NCBI GenBank assembly: GCA_946965045.2 | Contig: OX337241.1 | Span: 2,232,001-2,296,000, forward strand | Origin: Epithemia pelagica | Taxonomy: Eukaryota > Protista > Bacillariophyta | Direction: 5' to 3' | Length of the DNA stretch: 64,000 nt | Part shown: piece after piece, positions 59,482-64,000 of the stretch | Position numbering within the stretch: the first letter of the stretch is position 1 | Layout: each line of letters starts with the position of its first letter | The notes under the pieces: model-generated | What the model was told of the DNA's origin: nothing | Databases searched by the model: none | The model's input: the letters and a program-made list of their open reading frames with translations, nothing else | Made by a program: the position numbers and the translations under genes

Positions 59482-62400
59482 TTACGACCGATCCAGTTGT
59501 TGTTTTATCTCTTCCTCAGTGGTTCCAATGAGGAACACCATTCGGCGCTGCAACCATCGAGCCATTGACCGCAACCTACTCTTCTCCGCCGTTCCCCGAT
59601 TCCCCGCGCCTCCTCTCTGTGTCCGAGAGAAGTAGAACCTTTTAAACAAACTGTTAAAGGCTATAACACATAGGAGGTCAGCCGTCAGTTGATGGAGCCC
59701 TCAGTCAAATACACAGTTGTGGATTGAACTTACCTTCCCAGCCTTGTTGACTATGCAACCATAAGTTACGCCAATGCAATAGATATTCCATGCAATGGCC
59801 ACTACCCAGCATATGGGCGTAGTTTGTTATCCCCTCGACTCCATACAATGAGCACCAATCTCTGTAGAAGTAGTCGATGTCTTTCTGAAAAGCAAAGATC
59901 TCACTGTCCGACATTTCATGTCGCACGTTCACTTTCTTCAGACCCTCCCTGAAATAGTAGATTGCAGACTTAAAGAGGGCGGCCTTCTCGTTATCCACAA
60001 AGCAACAATCAATCAACAGCTCAAATTTGATGAGGAGCTTCCGAATCCTCACGTTATCCATTGTAATGTCTCCAATCTTGCAAGTTTTGGTGTCGTATGG
60101 CACTGTCCATTGGGTTGGTTGGTCCTCTGATCCAAGAATTGTTGAATTCATAATGCCATTGACCTTGCTGACGAATGCAACACATCGGTCTTCCTTTGTT
60201 GTTGTTGTAGGAGGCATCCACTCCAATTCAACGCCGTCCTTTGGATTGATCGCGTTGTTCATCCCCGTCTTTAGCACCATGGTCAGAAACTTGATCCCCA
60301 TTCGATTCTCGAGATGGAGCAAGCATGGAATGGCGTCCATCATAAGCACGATGGCAATACGCTTCTGGGAGGCCTTGGCATTGTCCAGACATTCCAATGC
60401 TCTTTTGTAGGACCATTCCTTGACTCTCTGATTCTTTAATCGTTCCTGTCGTTCCTCCAACGATCCTGTCATTTGGAGTCGACGCAACCTCAAATCTGAA
60501 GTGACCAGTCGAGAATACTCCTGCCTCTGCTCCTGTGTCGCCCGGTTCAAGTCAAATTGGATCGAAAGGATATCGTTGGCTTGCATCTCCGTTGCAACAA
60601 TATTGGGATCATCTTGCATCGACAGTTCGCTATGCTCCTCAAGCAAAGCAAGGTCTTTAGCGATTAGAGGCAGGGGACCATTACGGAAGTCGTCGACCTC
60701 TTTCTTCAAGGTTGCAGTATGCTCCTCAGTGAGCATCTTTACATGGCGGCAAATCCAAGTTGGGTCGTGATGATGATCCAATTGAGTACAGGTCTTGCAC
60801 TTGTCTGGTTTTATCCCCGATGGTTGGCATAGCTGTCCACTGTGAATGGCGCATTTAGAACAGGGATAAGTATGCTGCTTGGCGGCACCCCCTCGTCCAC
60901 TGAGTTCCCAATCACATTTCATATCACAATTGAAGCAGAGTGTGGGTTTCTTTATCTTGTGTGCCTTGGATACAACTCCAACGGCTTCCTTGATTTCTTC
61001 CAAGGTTCTTGCAAAAACTCCAACCACGTTCTCAGTCGTTTCTGGCATTGCCACACATCCAACGGGAAAGACTGATTGTTGTGACTGCGCATATGGGTTG
61101 GATGGATCGTTGAATTTGATACCAACCAAGGTGTGGGACAAATTCTTAGTAAATTGTGCGCCATCAAGACTGGCAGCGATTCGTATCGACCTCACCACGG
61201 CCTCGGAGTTTAGAAGATGACCAGCCTTCAGAAGACAAAGGAGTACATCGGCTGCACGAAAAGCAAAACCTTCGGTGCCATTTTTCGAGCTTGTCTTCAT
61301 GATGAAGGGACAGATGTTGCGTCCAAAGCTTTCTACCAAAGCAGCGTAGGCTTTCATACAACCAGAACTAGGAAGAAGCGTCTTCTCTCTAGGAACACCA
61401 TCTGTCTCTACGGAACGCAGTAGTTCGATACCTTCGTAGTTCAGTACACCCCCCCGAAGATCCATTTGTTTCAGTACACGGTGGGGGGTATAGATATTCT
61501 GCCTTACATAGTCTCGAAAGACTGAGTAAGAACATTGCTTGAGTTGCCCTTCGTGGACGCTCTCGTCGAGACACAACTCTGCGACTTGGCCGTAGAAATA
61601 CTTCAAAGCACGACTATTACTACTCCGGATGTTCTTAGTTGCATCTTCAATGACACTCCTGATATGTTGTACGAGGGTGTCTGCCTGGTCATTCGATGTG
61701 ACACAGGTGGGTAGGCGACGACTTTGGCATGTAGCACAATTTCGTTCGAGTTCTTCTATCTTCTTCTTAGCATCTCGCAGCTTGTCTGATTCGTTGCGAA
61801 GCTTCTTTGTTTGAGTCTCTACTTGTTCTTCCGATTTTCTAAGACGTTCTTTCAACAGTCTCACTTCTTCCTGTAGTGATAACTCAGAAAGGTTGATTGA
61901 CGGGTTCAATGGTTGTATGGGCACTGGCATATCTACAGAAGAATCAACGGCCATTGTAACAGTATTGTCTTGTTCAACAGGTGCTTCAGACTCGCTTGAT
62001 TCCGAATCATTTAACTGATTTCCTTGACTTTCTATGGGAGTAGAAGCTTCTTCTTGTTCAGGTGGGCCTGTTCCATCATCGACCAATTGTTCTTGAGGTT
62101 CTGTTTGCTCTACAGACGAGATTGTACGGTTGTTTTCAACGTCATCTTCATCATCCTCTTCTTCAATGTCGGAGAGAGTAGCACTAGGTCCCATAACAGG
62201 AGGTTGAAATCGACTTGTAGGTATGGGCTGGGGGTCATTTCGCCTCCTCTGCCGTCGATCTTGTCGTCGTTTCTTCTTGTTGATTCTTGGGGGTGGACCA
62301 TCAGGATATCTACGGGCCGTTGGTTTAACTAAATTACGGTGCTTGGCAATACATGTATAGGGACCCTTTTTCCTCTTCCGATTTACCTTGAGCTTTTCGC

Positions 62401-62911
62401 CAGACTTTTCATCCCAGTCAGCGTTGTCACATTGACCACAGAAGAAAAAATCTTCATCCTCCCATTCTTTCAAACGGTTAGATCCGAAAACAGAGCAGGG
62501 GACCCAGTCTTCATTCTTGAAGTCTTCGATGATCTTGTGGATGCGGCGGAGCTCGAAAACAGTGTCTTCAACGGGTGCATTATCTTCTTGGCGTTGGCTT
62601 CTTGTTCGTTTGTTTGGAGATGCCGCAGAGGCAGGAGGTGGAGGACCGCCTCCTCTCTTTCTCGAGCCACGAGAGGGCTGTCTCTGCGAACGACGTTGTG
62701 GTTGTAAGGGAGTTTTAGCTGGTTTCTTCTTGTTCTTTGTGACTTTCGTTGAGGTGGAACTGATTGGATCACCAGTATTTTCTTTGTTGGCAGAGGTGCT
62801 GCAATTCTCTCGCAATGATGAGGGTAGAAATAGGTCGTTGCTTAGGGGGCAACAGGCGCAGGGATCCATGGTTCCTGTTTCGTTTGCTTGGTGAGAAGAG
62901 CATGCAGACAT
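59482..62911 (-). CDS. RAG1/Transib-like DDE transposase (2 exons; stops only in the C-terminal tail)
   Basis: AASLDGA, FNCDMKC...YPCSKC, DAIPCLLHLENR and ITNYAHMLGSGH...SQQGWE, then intron 59661-59733, then AFNSLFKRFYFSRTQRGG. TAA at 59482-59484; homology to copy 1 continues past it. Confidence 0.85.
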
Positions 62912-63175
62912 TGTTGTTTGTTGTCTCTCGGGGATAGGGATGTAATCCTTATAATGGTATCGAAATCAAGTCAAACGCAGTTGGACGAGATGGTTGGTTT
63001 TTGGAAAATTGGATGAGACTAATGTGCGATTAACATAGATTTACTGTAGTGGTATTAATGTTAGTGTTAGTGCGTCGGCTGAAGTTCCATAGGCCGCTCA
63101 TTTTTTGGTGGGTACCATCCGACGAAAAAAGGGGCTGTTCTTTTAGGAGCCAAATTTGGGAACCTATTGGATGTC

Positions 63176-63250
63176 TGAGAGCGAGACCAACGGCGGGGAA
63201 TGTTGCTTGGATGACCATTGGATCATTTCCGACCGTTGGTCTCGCTCTCA
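63176..63250. repeat. Subterminal hairpin, perfect 18-bp stem
   Basis: TGAGAGCGAGACCAACGG (63176-63193) pairs with CCGTTGGTCTCGCTCTCA (63233-63250); 187 bp inside the right terminus. Confidence 0.9.
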
Positions 63251-64000
63251 GGGGTCCAATTGATCCGTTGAAACGGGTCCAAGCTAGGGGCTACCCTAAA
63301 TCTCCAAAATTTTGGCTGATGGTAGTTTTTCATTTAACAAAAGGGCTTCTCACTATTTGTGTCATAGTAAATGAAGGCGCTTCTGGCCACGTCTCGGCAA
63401 GGCCGGCTACGACCGTTTACACCGTTAGCTGGTATTGATCGCCATGCCATCGGTTTCTTTCCGTTAGGCCTACTGTTTCGTTCATATATTGCTTGCTCTT
63501 CTGACTTCTCATCCAATCCCAACAGCGACCAACGATTGAAAAACTGGGACCTTTCATCAGTCATGGCTGGAGTAACGTTCTCGAACCACCATGGCACGCC
63601 AGCAATAAATTCAAAGTGGCAGTTCGATAACTATATCGATCTACCCACACTGTCCTCTTGAGATCATCCCTATTCGTAGCCGCCTTTTCGACTAACATGT
63701 CTCTACCCATTTGTTACCGTCATCTATTACATCCTTCTTTCCTGCTAAACTTTTGGTAATCTGCTCGCTTTCTTGCTTCGATTTTTTTCACCACATACAA
63801 CATTCAACAATCATCTTCTCCTCCAACCCCGTATGCTCACGCTAACAACCACTTTTCTCCTCCTGCTTCCAACTTTTCCATACGTAGCCTTCATCTAACC
63901 AACAATCTTTTCATCCCATCCTACTAGACGCAATAAAAACAATACCTAATGCATGTTCGTCCGATGCTGTTGATCATCGTAAAAGTTGCCTATGTAATCA

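Larger units (their letters stand above)
57295..63437. mobile_element. RAG1/Transib-like two-gene DNA transposon, copy 2 (6143 bp), opposite orientation
   Basis: 26-bp TIR CAATACCAGCTAACGGTGTTAACGGT (57295-57320) matches 63412-63437 at 25/26. Partner gene on +, transposase on -. Confidence 0.9.

Noticed and set aside
1-64000. CRISPR arrays, rRNA or tRNA genes
   Set aside because: No regularly spaced repeat-spacer arrays or recognisable structural RNA genes were seen.

Overview
Eukaryotic nuclear DNA with diatom-like (stramenopile) features: short GT-AG introns, signal+xAF bipartite-type N-termini, and diatom-style ankyrin and Copia sequences. About 1-15.3 kb and 21-24.4 kb hold host genes: a SAM methyltransferase, a cyanobacteria-like membrane protein, mitochondrial ribosomal uL4, two ankyrin proteins, a MORC-type GHKL ATPase and several hypotheticals. 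Most of the rest is a nested mobile-element island. (i) A 5.45-kb PIF/Harbinger element (15409-20859, TCA TSD) with a transposase, two paralogous accessory ORFs and a central foldback. (ii) Two diverged ~6.2-kb TIR elements in opposite orientation (24792-31008 and 57295-63437). Each has CAATAC...GTATTG ends, a RAG1/Transib-like DDE transposase and a convergent partner gene, which is the ProtoRAG-type layout. The partner looks like BAH-like core, acidic hinge and small beta domain rather than a RAG2 kelch propeller. Neither element shows a conventional TSD, but both sit in the same ATA-R|R-TCG context. (iii) A young Ty1/Copia element (33284-43824, 778-bp LTRs, CGTGG TSD) with non-TG/CA ends and a ~1100-aa hydrophobic insert between gag and protease; it interrupts an unknown gene. 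(iv) A decayed, very large Helitron-like Rep-helicase gene with neighbouring cargo-like ORFs. The RAG-like two-gene transposons are the best candidate for a novel system. All domain calls come from motif reading by eye, not database searches.
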